From Zootoca vivipara (lineage: Eukaryota): 64,000 nucleotides of DNA. Shown in pieces: positions 26,105 through 37,500 of the stretch. The stretch spans positions 32,736,001-32,800,000 of the forward strand of contig NC_083288.1 in the NCBI RefSeq assembly GCF_963506605.1, given 5' to 3'. Numbering within the stretch: position 1 is the first letter of the stretch; each line of letters begins with the position of its first letter. A program made the translations under genes and the position numbers. The notes below the pieces were generated by a model. The model was not told where the DNA came from. It saw only the letters and a program-made list of their open reading frames with translations, and ran no database searches.

Positions 26105-28108
26105 TAGATAGATATGATAGATAGAGATAGATCAGGCATCCCCAAACTGTGGCCCTCCAGATGTTTTGGCCTACAACTCCCATGATCCCTAGCTAACAGG
26201 ACCAGTGGTCAGGGATGATGGGAATTGTAGTCCAAAACATCTGGAGGGCCGAAGNNNNNNNNNNNNNNNNNNNNNNNNNNNNNNNNNNNNNNNNNNNNNN
26301 NNNNNNNNNNNNNNNNNNNNNNNNNNNNNNNNNNNNNNNNNNNNNNNNNNNNNNNNNNNNNNNNNNNNNNNNNNNNNNNNNNNNNNNNNNNNNNNNNNNN
26401 NNNNNNNNNNNNNNNNNNNNNNNNNNNNNNNNNNNNNNNNNNNNTGACCCAAGGTTCTTTGGGGGACTGTATGCTTTAAAATTATGCTGTGGATGTGAAA
26501 ACAGTCCTTAGATGGGAGAAAAGTAAAAAGAAAAGAAAAGAAAAGAAATTATTAATGGTATTGAGGTTCTCAGTGATGAGCTCACATAGACCTCTCCTCA
26601 TATTACTCATATGTAAAGACCAGTTGTGGGTTTAAGATCATGCAGGGAGCCCCGACATATACAGAAAGATCCCTGCTGCAGACAATATGATAGTATTGGA
26701 GAGGGAAAGAGATGATCTCACAGTTTTAAATTGGAAAAAAAGAGAATACACTGTGATGTCACTTGGGTCTTCCTTTGAACACTGATTTGATGCTACCTAC
26801 TGCTGATGCAGGGAACTGTGACCTCACCTTGCTGCTTTACATCTAACACGCTCTAAATAATATTTCAAAATTTTATGAAAGAATTTATTCTATAATTTCC
26901 ATAAACATTTTACAAGTACAAAATAATCCATCTATTTGTGTGATTTATAGTCCATGGTATGTTTATGAGTTTATGAGTTCTTCACCCACTAGTCATGTGG
27001 GAGGGCTGGACATGCCTTCAAAATTATGCAGGGAGCCTCCACACTTATAGAAATCTCCCTGCTGCAGATGGTATGATCAGTACAGTAGTGGTGATGGCTG
27101 GGTCATGCAGGGCTAAACTGACCACAAAAAAACCCTTTTCAGCAATTTTGCCCTCTATATGTGAGCAGAGTAAGGTGTGAAGAGGTCTTGATTCTTTCTG
27201 TTTCAGATATGAATGACTGTAATAAATGCACAGATGAAACATACCCAAGCAAGAATCAGGATAAATGCATTCCCAAGACTGTAACCTTCTTGTCTTATGA
27301 AGAACCTTTGGGACTCAGTCTAGGCTGCATTGCTCTTTCCTTTTCTTTGATCACAGCTCTGGTGCTGGGGACATTTATGAAGCACCATGGCACTCCCATC
27401 GTCGTTGCCAACAACAGGGACCTCACCTACACTCTCCTTGTCTCCCTCCTGCTCTGCTTCCTTTCTGCATTGCTATTCATTGGTCAGCCTCAGAAGCTGA
27501 CATGTCTCCTCCAACAAACAGCTTTTGGTATCATCTTCTCGGTGGCTGTTTCTTGTGTGTTGGCCAAAACTGTCACAGTGGTATTGGCTTTCATGGCCAC
27601 CAAACCAGGTTCCAGAATGAGAAAGTGGGTGAGGAAAAGTCTGAGCAACTCTATTGTTCTTTTTTGTTCCCTTATGCAGGCTGGAATCTCTACCACATGG
27701 TTGGCAACTTCTCCCCCCTTCCCAGATGTGGACATGCACTCTGTGACTGAAGAAGTTGTCCTGGAATGTAACGCAGGGTCTGTAACCATGTTTTACAGTG
27801 TCCTGGGCTACATGGGCTTCCTGGCAATTGCCAGCTTCACTGTGGCTTTCTTTGCCAGGAAACTACCTGATAGTTTCAATGAAGCCAAGTTCATCACTTT
27901 CAGCATGTTGGTCTTCTGCAGTGTGTGGCTATCATTTATTCCAGCTTATATGAGCTCTAAGGGCAAATGCATGGTTGCTGTGGAGATCTTCGCTATCTTA
28001 GCCTCCAGTGGTGGTCTTCTGAGTTGCATCTATCTTCCAAAATGCTATCTTATTGTGTTGAGGCCTGAGCTGAACAACAGGGAACATCTAATAACGAGAA
28101 AAATCTGA
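14638..28108 (+). CDS. Vmn2r: Vomeronasal type-2 receptor gene 2, intact, 867 aa; exons 14638-14855, 16277-16568, 18478-19314, 23735-23962, 25913-26039, 27207-28108
   Basis: Same motifs and exon phases as gene 1 (218/292/837/228/127/902 nt = 2604 nt); GT-AG junctions; both N gaps lie in introns. Confidence 0.93.
16816..16985. other. Assembly gap (170 N), gene 2 intron 2
   Basis: N run. Confidence 0.99.
17261..17448. mobile_element. Tigger-like MITE
   Basis: CAGTAGACCCTC ... GAGGTACCACTG termini. Confidence 0.7.
20455..22814. mobile_element. Non-autonomous hAT (hATm-like) DNA transposon inserted in BovB
   Basis: ~90-100-bp TIRs beginning TAGGGTGGGTCATAAAAAAC; perfect 8-bp TSD ATATACAG at 20447-20454 and 22815-22822. 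Confidence 0.88.
21061..22595. mobile_element. Tc2/pogo-type non-autonomous element nested in the hAT
   Basis: TIRs CCGTGTTTCCCC.TTTTTAAG; subterminal GAAAATAAGCC repeats; TA TSD. Confidence 0.82.
24205..24420 (-). mobile_element. L2-type 3' end fragment
   Basis: (AAT)n followed by CCCGCCCATCTGGCTG..CCAGCCACTCTGGGCGGC, matching the L2 end near 34410. Confidence 0.7.
24995..25074. mobile_element. 80-bp palindromic mariner-type MITE
   Basis: (C/T)AGGGTGAGT..AAAAGAGGCCCC / GGGGCCTCTTTT..ACTCACCCTG; TA flanks. Confidence 0.7.
26051..26132. repeat. (GATA/GA)n microsatellite
   Basis: Direct observation. Confidence 0.9.
26133..26254. mobile_element. hAT MITE truncated by an assembly gap
   Basis: Starts CAGGCATCCCCAAACT; same family as 2638-2773. 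Confidence 0.85.
26255..26444. other. Assembly gap (190 N), gene 2 intron 5
   Basis: N run. Confidence 0.99.
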
Positions 28109-28682
28109 AGAATCTGATGAAGAGGAAAGTGGTGTCCATTGAGCTTTTGGCAGCTTTTCTTGGAATTCAGAAGCCCTTATATGGAGTTTGGAATTCTGTG
28201 CTCACCATAAATGGACAAATCTGTCATTTCCAGTTGTTTAACCTGCCTGTTTTTTGAAGGGCAGCCATCATATATATATGTCCCATGTCATACTTTCTAA
28301 ATGCAATATTTCTTCTCAATCTCTGTGATTTTGTTCACTCATTAGTTATATTTTTTAAATAAAAACTTCATGGCTGGGGAGGGTTCTGATTTGCACTACA
28401 ACAAAGCTGGAGTAAATTAGTTCCCCAGCACTATACCCCTAGTTTATATTGCTCCAATCCCAATCAGGTTTCATGCAACATGGAGGAATTTAAAGGTGCT
28501 CTGTTGCATGTTTCCCCTCTTTGGTCAGATATCAGTAAATTCAGTAAACAGCACTGAATAAAACAAAGCAGTAGAATGCAATGTGTGAATATGTGGGATA
28601 TAAGATCCTTTTCACCCCACCATTGTTCTACCAAATATATCGAAACCCATTCCCCTCCCACTGCCACCATCTATTTCAACTT

Positions 28683-29570
28683 GAATGAATGAATGAATGA
28701 ATCTTTATTTGCGTCAGCCATCGGCCATAACAATAAAACAACAATGTGATATACAAAGAATAGAAATATAAATAAAAAGTTTATTATATAAAATACATTT
28801 TAGGGTTTTGAATCAATAGTCAATTAGTGGATCTTATTCTAATTGCCCCAGCTAAAAACCTTGCAAGCTTTTCTGTCACCTGCTCATCTTGATCTGCCAA
28901 GAGAAAGGGCAGTATGGCAGTGGCTGGGCGACCTGGAATGGACAATAAAGAGTGGTGATAACCTCATTCCTTAAGTCTTTATAAAGAGTGCAAGCCAGAA
29001 AGGCATGTGTCACCGATTTAGTACTGTCATCTCCACAGGGACATAAGTGGTTTTCATGTGTAAAATGTTGGAATTGTTCCTCAAGCACAGCTGAGGGCAA
29101 TACATTCAATCTTGTGGGAGTAAAAGTGCACCTAAGTTTTACAAATGCTAGGTTATGCAGATAGGGTGCCAGAGAGTCGAATGGCAAGATGGAAAATAGT
29201 CATACCATGAAAAAATTTCCTTATTTTAGCCAAGTTGTTCTGGAGCTCGATATCATTTAGGCACAGACAAATTAGACTGTTTGCTTTACTAAAACCCAAA
29301 GTGAGTAGCTGTTGTGGTGATAAGCCACAAGAGTGAAGTTTTTGATAGACAATTTTAGTCCAGGCACTCTTGTGACAATCTTGCAGCAATAGGGATATTA
29401 GACCAGGGGGATTTGAGTTTAGGTGAAGCCAATAGTTAAGAGTCCTGTGCCAGATCCGTAATTCTACTGAGGGAAGATTAGCCTCTAGGTGCAATGATGC
29501 GTTTGGGACATAGATTGGTACAGTACTTGAAATGAAAAATCTTCTTTTCATCCACCAGTAGCTGTGGTAA
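28683..29570 (-). mobile_element. 3' fragment of an RTE-X-like LINE with (ATTC)n tail
   Basis: Frameshifted ORFs 28876-29626 with LCPCGDDSTKSVTHAFLACTLY knuckle; GAAT repeat at 28683-28702. Confidence 0.7.
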
Positions 29571-29917
29571 TTTAAGTGTGGTTCCAAAAGAACATAGACA
29601 CTTCTTTTTGAAAGTGAATTAATCAAATATTTATTTAAATTTTACAGAACAATTATTTTTAAAATGGATGGTTATGCTTAATGAAAAGGATACAATGTAA
29701 AAACAACAACTCTCAACTCAGTTATTATAATTCAGACTGTTTAATAGGCTGCTGTCTCTTTAATGAAAAGGGGGGTAGCTTTGAGAGTTTCATTCCCTGC
29801 CTTTCAGACCAATAGCCATTACACTGACTCAACTCAGTTTAAAACCATGTTCACTAGGTCCTGATGACTGCAATTGCAAGTCTTCTCGTAAAAAACTTAC
29901 TTTAAATATTTATACTA

Positions 29918-30350
29918 CAGTCATACCTCGGTTTAAGTACGCCTCGGTTTGAGTATTTTCAGTTTAAGTACTCCGCGGACCTGTCTGGAACGGATTAATC
30001 CACTTTCCATTACTTTCAATGGGAAAGTTCGCATCAGGTTAAGTACGCTTCAGGTTAAGTACGGGCTTCCGGAACCAATTACACTCATTCCTTGGGTTAA
30101 ATATGCTTCAGGTTGAGGTTGAGTACTCTGTGGACCCGTCTGGAACAGATTAATCCACTTTCCATTACTTTCAATGGGAAAGTTTGCTTCAGGTTAAGTA
30201 CGTTTCAGTTTAAGTACTCCACAGACTGTCTGGAATGGATTAATCCACTTTCTATTACTTTCAATGAGAAAGTTCGCTTCAGGTTAAGTACGCTTCAGGT
30301 TAAGTACAGACTTCCAGAACCAATTGTGTTTGTAAACCGAGGTACCACTG
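29918..30350. mobile_element. Tigger-like MITE with internal tandem units
   Basis: CAGTCATACCTCGGTTT / AAACCGAGGTACCACTG; TA TSD. Confidence 0.88.
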
Positions 30351-30726
30351 TAATAAACATCATTTTGTATGCAGTTTTTACTAATATACTCATGGGGGAG
30401 AATCCCCCAATATTTTATTGTTATTTTCACTAACATATGTATTTTTAAGCAGCATTCAGTTCATTCTTTACAACAAATGGTTTTTTGAAGGATTCCTTCC
30501 TGCAGGCTTCTTCCTCTGAAGGCTGATTTCTTTTTGATTTCCTGTATTCTAGATGTTCTTAACTCTTCTTTTTCATGTTTTCAAAAATTGTTTAACTTGA
30601 GGCTTTACTAAAACCTTAAGCAAAGCATGGGCTGTTGGTGGTTGGAAGGCGTTTGTCTGATGCCTTGCTATTTTCCTAATACCTAAATGCCATAGTATTC
30701 TACACAGTATAAGGAGTAGCTTAGTA

Positions 30727-31022
30727 CAGTAGTACCTCGACTTACGAACGACTCGACAACCAAATTTTTCTACTTACAAACGGGGCAAATGGCCACACGC
30801 TTATGCATTTCTTGACATCTGAACGGAAACCGTGGCGGTTTTAGATAGGGTTTTTTCGACTTACGGATTTTTAGATGGGGTTGCTTCAACTTACGAATTT
30901 TTCCATTTCCAATGCATTCCTATGGGAAATCGCGTTTCCAATGGCGCTTTTCGATTCATGAATTTTTCGACCTACGAAGGTGCCTTTGGAATGGATTAAA
31001 TTTGTAAGTCGAGGCACCACTG
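30727..31022. mobile_element. Tigger-like MITE
   Basis: CAGTAGTACCTCGACTTAC / GTAAGTCGAGGCACCACTG; TA TSD. Confidence 0.88.
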
Positions 31023-31194
31023 TAAAGTTAAATATCAATAAAACAGCTGCTCAATTGAGGCAGCAAGAAGGCTACTTCTATCATGAAAGAAGTTTATTTT
31101 GTTTCTAGCTCCAGTGCACAGCATTATTTCTGGTGTCATTTTTTCCTCTTGTATACCATTCCAAACACATTTTCAGATTTGGCAAACATAATTT

Positions 31195-31390
31195 ATTTAA
31201 CAATTCCATTAGGAACCCCAAGACTGGAACCCGTGATTATCTACCTCTTTAATTACTATCAAATGCCTGGTACTTCATTCTTCTTGTCCAGCTCCCTGTG
31301 GGATTCATGGGACACAAACAAGATTAACAGCAAACAAGACTGTTATAAATATACCCAGCACCATGTGGGGTAGGGGAAAGGGACTGGGAG
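31195..31390 (+). promoter_or_regulatory. Putative V2R gene 3 promoter
   Basis: CAATTCCATTAGGAA, CCCTGTGGGA, TTAACAGCAAA, and TATAAATA at 31344, 204 bp before ATG. Confidence 0.6.
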
Positions 31391-31547
31391 CAGAAACAGT
31401 CCTCCAGGTTGATCTCTAATAGTTTCTATTATTCACTCCAAGACTCAAGTAAAGAAGGCTGTTAGTCATGGAGACACTATATATAGTGTTGTAAAATAAA
31501 ATAGCAGAATATCTGTGTAAAAAAATAAAATTAGCCTTGCAGTGAGA

Positions 31548-34500
31548 ATGGTGGTTTTAGTGGTCTTCCTGCTGGCATTGCTTCCTCACAAGTTATGGAA
31601 ATCTCATGCTGCGAAATGTAGGGTTTCCCATCCACGAGACCCACAACACATGTACCATCAGTCCGGAGACCTCATCATTGGTGGCATTGCAACTCATGGT
31701 AGCTTTTTCGACAGTTCAATTGCTTTCACTGAAGAGCCTCCGCCAGCATTGCTTGAAGATTTCTTGTAAGCACTTATTCTTTATTTGTTTTAATCTCTCT
31801 GTATTTTGTCACTGAAATGAGCAGTGGTAGAACTACAGTCTATAAAGAGTGGCTTCTTGTCTTAGATATATAAAAATGTAATACATTAATAGAATGCAGA
31901 AGTGGAAAAAGCCCACCTCTGGGATACATTTAAGTCTTCAGAAGCTATTTTATTTTTCTTCACTATACTATCTTCTCTTGGTACTTTCCTTGGCTGTGTT
32001 ACAAAAATTCTACTGTGATTTCTTTGCTCCAATGTATGTCTAACTTCTTTCTATTCCCACACTTCTGTTCTGCTATTTTAAAAGGTAAAGGGACCCCTGA
32101 CCATTAGGTCCAGTTGCGGACAACTATGGGGTTGCGGTGCTCATCTCACTTTACTGGCTGAGGGAGCTTCCGGGTCATGTGGTCAGCATGACTAAGTCGT
32201 TTCTGGCGAACCAGAGCAGCACACGGAAATGCCGTTTACCTTCCCGCCAGAGTGGTACCTATTTATCTACTTGCACTTTGACATGCTTTCAAACTGCTAG
32301 GTTGGCAGGAGCAGGAAGCGAGCAACGGGAGCTCACCGCATTGCAGGGATTCGAATCACCGACCTTCTGATCGGCAAGCCCTAGGCTCTGTGGTTTAGCA
32401 TGGGGCAAATTAGACTCATGTTATCAAGAAACCCTACTTTAAAGTGTATTCCTTAGTGTTTAACACTCAGAAACGTCATTCTGCACATGAGTTTGCAGTG
32501 CAAGGGTTTATGAAAGCATGGCAGAAGAAGTGAACAGTGACACAGACTAGATAGTCTCATGAACAGAAGGTGTAAGTGTAACAAAAGGGGAAGAGTAGGA
32601 GAGCCTACTTAATGTTGGTTCAAGGAAAAAAGTATAAAGAGGGAGTATTTCCTTTGATGCCAAGAGCCAAGTTTGGGGCAATTACTATTTGGTGAGAGAA
32701 CCTCATAAGAGATTTAAAATCACAAAATAGACAGCAAAGTAAAGTGTGGAAATATAGGCTGTAAAACATTTAAGATACACCCTTCCAAGTGAGTTCCAAA
32801 ATTGTCCCCTTTAAAAGTTCCTTCCAAAGGTTACCTCTTCCCCCAGCATAGGAAAAGACCACATATGGTAAGTTAAGAAAATGGCTTACTTACAAACTCT
32901 CCAAAGGTCAAATTAATGTGCTTTTGCATACATGAGTCAGAAATGCTGCACAGGCAGTAAAACGTGGCTTAATTACCAAGTGATAAAAGTTCATAAATTA
33001 TTGGAACATGAAAAAGGCTGGTGAGAGCTGTGTGGCTGAGCTGGAGCAACAGCTCAGATGGCCTCACATGCTGAATTATCAGGTAGACTGGGGGAGGAGC
33101 AAAGGTTTGATTACCTATTTCCTCCTCAGGCAAGGGAAAGTGACATTGCTACTTACCCCTAAGGTAAGGGGAAGTGACTCACATGTTAGCTAGGAGAACA
33201 ATAATCAGTTACTTATCAACTAGTTAAAGCTCAGAGATGGTTCTTCTTGCTTCTCTAAAGCTTCAGTGGAATCTTCCACTTTCACCAGTGCACAAGCATT
33301 CCCATTTTCAATGCCAATTGTACTTAACAATGGCTTCATCTACTGTTGGGCTCTCTGCTTTCTGTCCTAGCAGTCCCAAGGGGCAGCAGCCACCACAGCT
33401 CCTGGGGAACAGAAACAAACCACAGCTTGCTTTTTTATATGTAGGCTGGGCACAAAATCAAAATTTGTCATCTCTATATGGCAACAAAATGTACTCTTGG
33501 ATCACCATAAGAACCCTGTATTTTCAATCTTCCATCTCCTCTAAAATGGGGAAATCACTGGAATTCACCATTTCTTTCTCTGTCTCTTGTTTCCTTTGTC
33601 TCTTCTCTTGGCTCTCTGTCCTACCCCTTGTGTTATTGAAACACTGACTCGTTTTGAGTTTGTTCCATTGTAGTCAGTACTTCTGATTCTGTAAACTGAC
33701 ACAGATACCTAGTACCACCCTTATTTGGAATCAGGAATCTTTCTCTCTTTTTCCCGTAGCTGTAATTGAACTGTTGATCCAACGGTTTATATATATAGAG
33801 AGAGATCACTTTCTCATATCCATTTGTACCTGCTGTACATATTAATTAACTTCCTCATATTTTGTAATAAAATATAGAGGCATTCGTTTATCTAAAACTC
33901 AGTCTGTGGTCTGTTACTAATCTCCCTTTAGTGGAAGTGCAACATCCTCATAGCACTCTGTTACTCCATTCACAAGATTCCCCCACTCCCCCCCCAAAAT
34001 GGTGACATATGTGTATACTTTTGGAGAAGTGTGATATGCGTTATTAAGGACAATAACATCTTAAGAAAAATAGTGCATTAGGAGTGCAATCCTAGGTTGG
34101 AAAGGCAGATGTACAGCAGCAAGAGAAGTAGATATGGTGGACTTTATTTCTCCTCCCCGTGGTTGTGTTATTTATTCTGCCCAACCCTAAAAAATGGTTC
34201 TAACAGTGGAAATAACTTATGAAAACTCTTGACTGGTAGAGATGGATGGTGACGGTAATCCCACAGGAGAAATTGGATTTGGGTTTTGCTGTGTTTTCCA
34301 TGGGCCTCTGCAACTTTTATCTGTCAGCTGAAAAGCACTTATGTGCAATCCTCACTGCATTTAGTTTGTGGATTTGAGGGTTAGCAATTATCATTATCCT
34401 TATCATTATTTATACCCCACCCATTTGGCTGGGTTTCCCCAACCACTCTAAGCAGCTTATAGCATTTCTAAAAACATAATAAAAACATGAAGCATTAAAA

Positions 34501-37500
34501 ACCTCCCAATACAGGGCTGCCTTCAGATGTCTTCTAAAAGTCAGATACAGTTGTACCTTGGTTCTAGAATGGAATTCCATTCCAGAAGTCCATTCGACTT
34601 CCGAAAACATTCGAAAAACAAGGGGCGGCTTCTGATTGGCCGCAGGAGCTTCCTGCACTCAATTGGAAGCTGCAGAAGTGCCGTCGGACGTTCAGATTCC
34701 AAAGAATGTTTGCAAACCGGAACACTCACTTCTGGGTTTGCGGCATTCGGGAGCCAAAACATTTGAGTCACAAGGCATTCGACAACCAAGGTATGACTGT
34801 AGTTGTTTATTTCCTTGACATCTGAAGGGAGAGCGTTCCACAGGGAGGGCCCCGCTACTGAGAAGGCCCTCTGCCTGGTTCCCTGTAACTTTGCTTCTTG
34901 CAGTGAGGGAACCAGCAGAACACTCTCAGAGGTGGACCTCAGTGTCCAGGCTGAGCAATGGGGTTGAAGACACTTCTTCAGGTATACTGGGCCGAGGCTG
35001 TTTAGGGTTTTAAAGGTCACCACCAACACTTTGAATTGTACTTGGAAATGTAATGGGAGCCAGTGAAGGTCCTTTAGGACTGGAGTTATATGGTCGTGGC
35101 AGCCACTTCCAGTCACCAGTCTAGCTGTCACATTCTGGATTAGTTGTAATTTTCGAGTCAACTTCAAATGTAGCCCCACATAGAGCACATTGTGGTAGTC
35201 CAAGTGGGAGATAATCAGAGCATGCAACACTCTAGTGAGACAGTCTGCAGGCAGGTAGGGTCTCGGCCTGCGTACCAGATAGAGCTGGTAGACAGCTGCC
35301 CTGGACGCAAAATTGACCTGCACCTTGAAGGACAGCTGTGAGTCCAAAATGACTCCAAGGCTGTGCACCTGGTCCTTCAGGACCAGGGAATCCCCCACAC
35401 CGTTCAGGACCAGGGAGTCCCCCACACCCACCCTCCCCCTGTCCTCCAAGAACAGTACTTCAACCTCAATCTGTTAGCTGCCATCCATCTGCCAACCGCC
35501 CCCAGATGGTAATATAATAATAATAATGCTGAAGAAGATGCAGAACATAGTGGGTTTATTATTATTATTTAGATGTGGAATAGTTTGATACATAATGCAA
35601 CTTTCATTCTAGTGCAGTGCCAAAGAATTACCAACACATTCTGGCCTTGGCATTTGCAGTGAATGAGATAAATGAAGACCCTCTGATCCTACCCAATATC
35701 ACCTTAGGCTTCCACATCTATGACAGCTATTTCAAGGCAAAGCAGACCTACTATTCTACAATGCTTCTTTTATCTACATTGGAGAGATTTGTTCCGAACT
35801 ACAAATGTGACATCCAGAATAAGCTGACAGCAGTGATTGGAGGACTAGACTCCAAAATCTCTGTAGCAATGGCAAATATCCTTGATGTCTATAAGATTCC
35901 ACAGGTAGGTAAGGCACACATGCTCATTTGTATGTGTGAATAGTGCAGAATTAATATATATTTACTTATTTATTTATTTCAGATATGTATATACTGGTTA
36001 ACGCTTGGATTCTTAATAGATTTCCATAAATGATAATTAGAATTAGAATTCATCATAGAACCAAAAACATAGCTTTATCATACTTTTGAATGTTTTGTGG
36101 AATAGAAAAGATTTCAAAGTGCAAAGGAAGCACATCAGGACAGAGAAAGAGGGGAGGTTCACTACCCAAGTGTTGGGGAAATATTGGGGTTCAAGCCCAA
36201 TGCCTGGAATAGTCAACAGAATCCAGACACCAATTTTTCATAAAATTGAACATTTGTTTAGTCAATGAGATATATGTGGATACAATTTTGCAAGGTCTCC
36301 TGTATGTAGGCATTGCACCCTATAATACATTGCCATAAACTCTGGGTTGGATCACCAATGTACACATACATATTTATATCTTTTAAAAAATATTTGTTTC
36401 TGGCTGCTTGTGAAAGAGCATGAGTTCTGAGGAAAGAAGTTCCTATACCAACCATAAAAGGACTTTGGTTAGACCCTATTGTCTCTTGGTCAGCCCTGTA
36501 TCTATAGCATGGGATAATAGTCACTAACTTTATGAGGTTGACATACACTTTGTGTCTTAATGTCAGGCATACCTGCCAAGTCCCGGACTGCAGAATCTGG
36601 GACCGGCAGCCGCATGACACCGGAAGTGGCATAGACGCAACTTCCGGTGTCACTTTGCCCATCTATGAGCACCAAAAATGGCCACCGCCGACACCGGAAG
36701 TTGTGTCTACACACTTCCAGACATGCGTAGACATGACCTTCGAAGCTGGCGCCAGCCATTTTCGGTGCCTATAGATGGGCAAATCAGGGGGGGGAAATGG
36801 CCGCTGGCAGGAGAAGAACGGGAGAATAACAGGAGACGAAGTGATACAGGGGACCACTGGGAAAAGGTAAGAAAAATTGGGGGTTTCCCGGGGAAAACGG
36901 GGTACTTGGCAGCTATGATGTCAGGGCTGGAGAACCTTTTTCAGCCAAAGGGCTGAAAAAGGCAAAATTCTGAGGGCCACATGGTGGTGGGCTGGGAAAG
37001 AATAAGAAGTCGGTGGGTCAATGAATGTAAAGTTTAACTTTGTAGTGTAGGCTAGTTTCGAGACAAAGAGGCATTATCATAGATTAAGGACTCACTCTAG
37101 CTAGGCAAAAACACTCATTGTAAGAAGCAGGGCCAGTGACAGGTGTGGCCTGGGGAGAGTTCTGAGGCACAGATAAAGAGGCCTAGGAAGCTGCATTTGG
37201 TCCCTAGGCCTGAGTTTCCATACCAGAGAATTAATTGACCACTACACATGAAACTACAGTTTATAAATTGCTATACCTATCTCTCCCTCTTAAATCTTAA
37301 TCTCTGTTCAGCTCGTATATGGTTCTGCTCCAGTGATGAATGATAAAGCCCCAGGACTTTCTTTCTTCCAGATGACCCCCAAGGAAACACTTCAGTATTC
37401 AGGGATGCTCTCATTGTTACTGCATTTTGGTTGGATATGGATTGGGGTCATTGTTATGGACACAGACAATGGAGAGAGATTTGTGCAAATTGCAGTGTCA

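Noticed and set aside
34541-35449. 302-aa minus-strand ORF as a host gene
   Set aside because: Decayed L2 ORF2 running by chance into a MITE.
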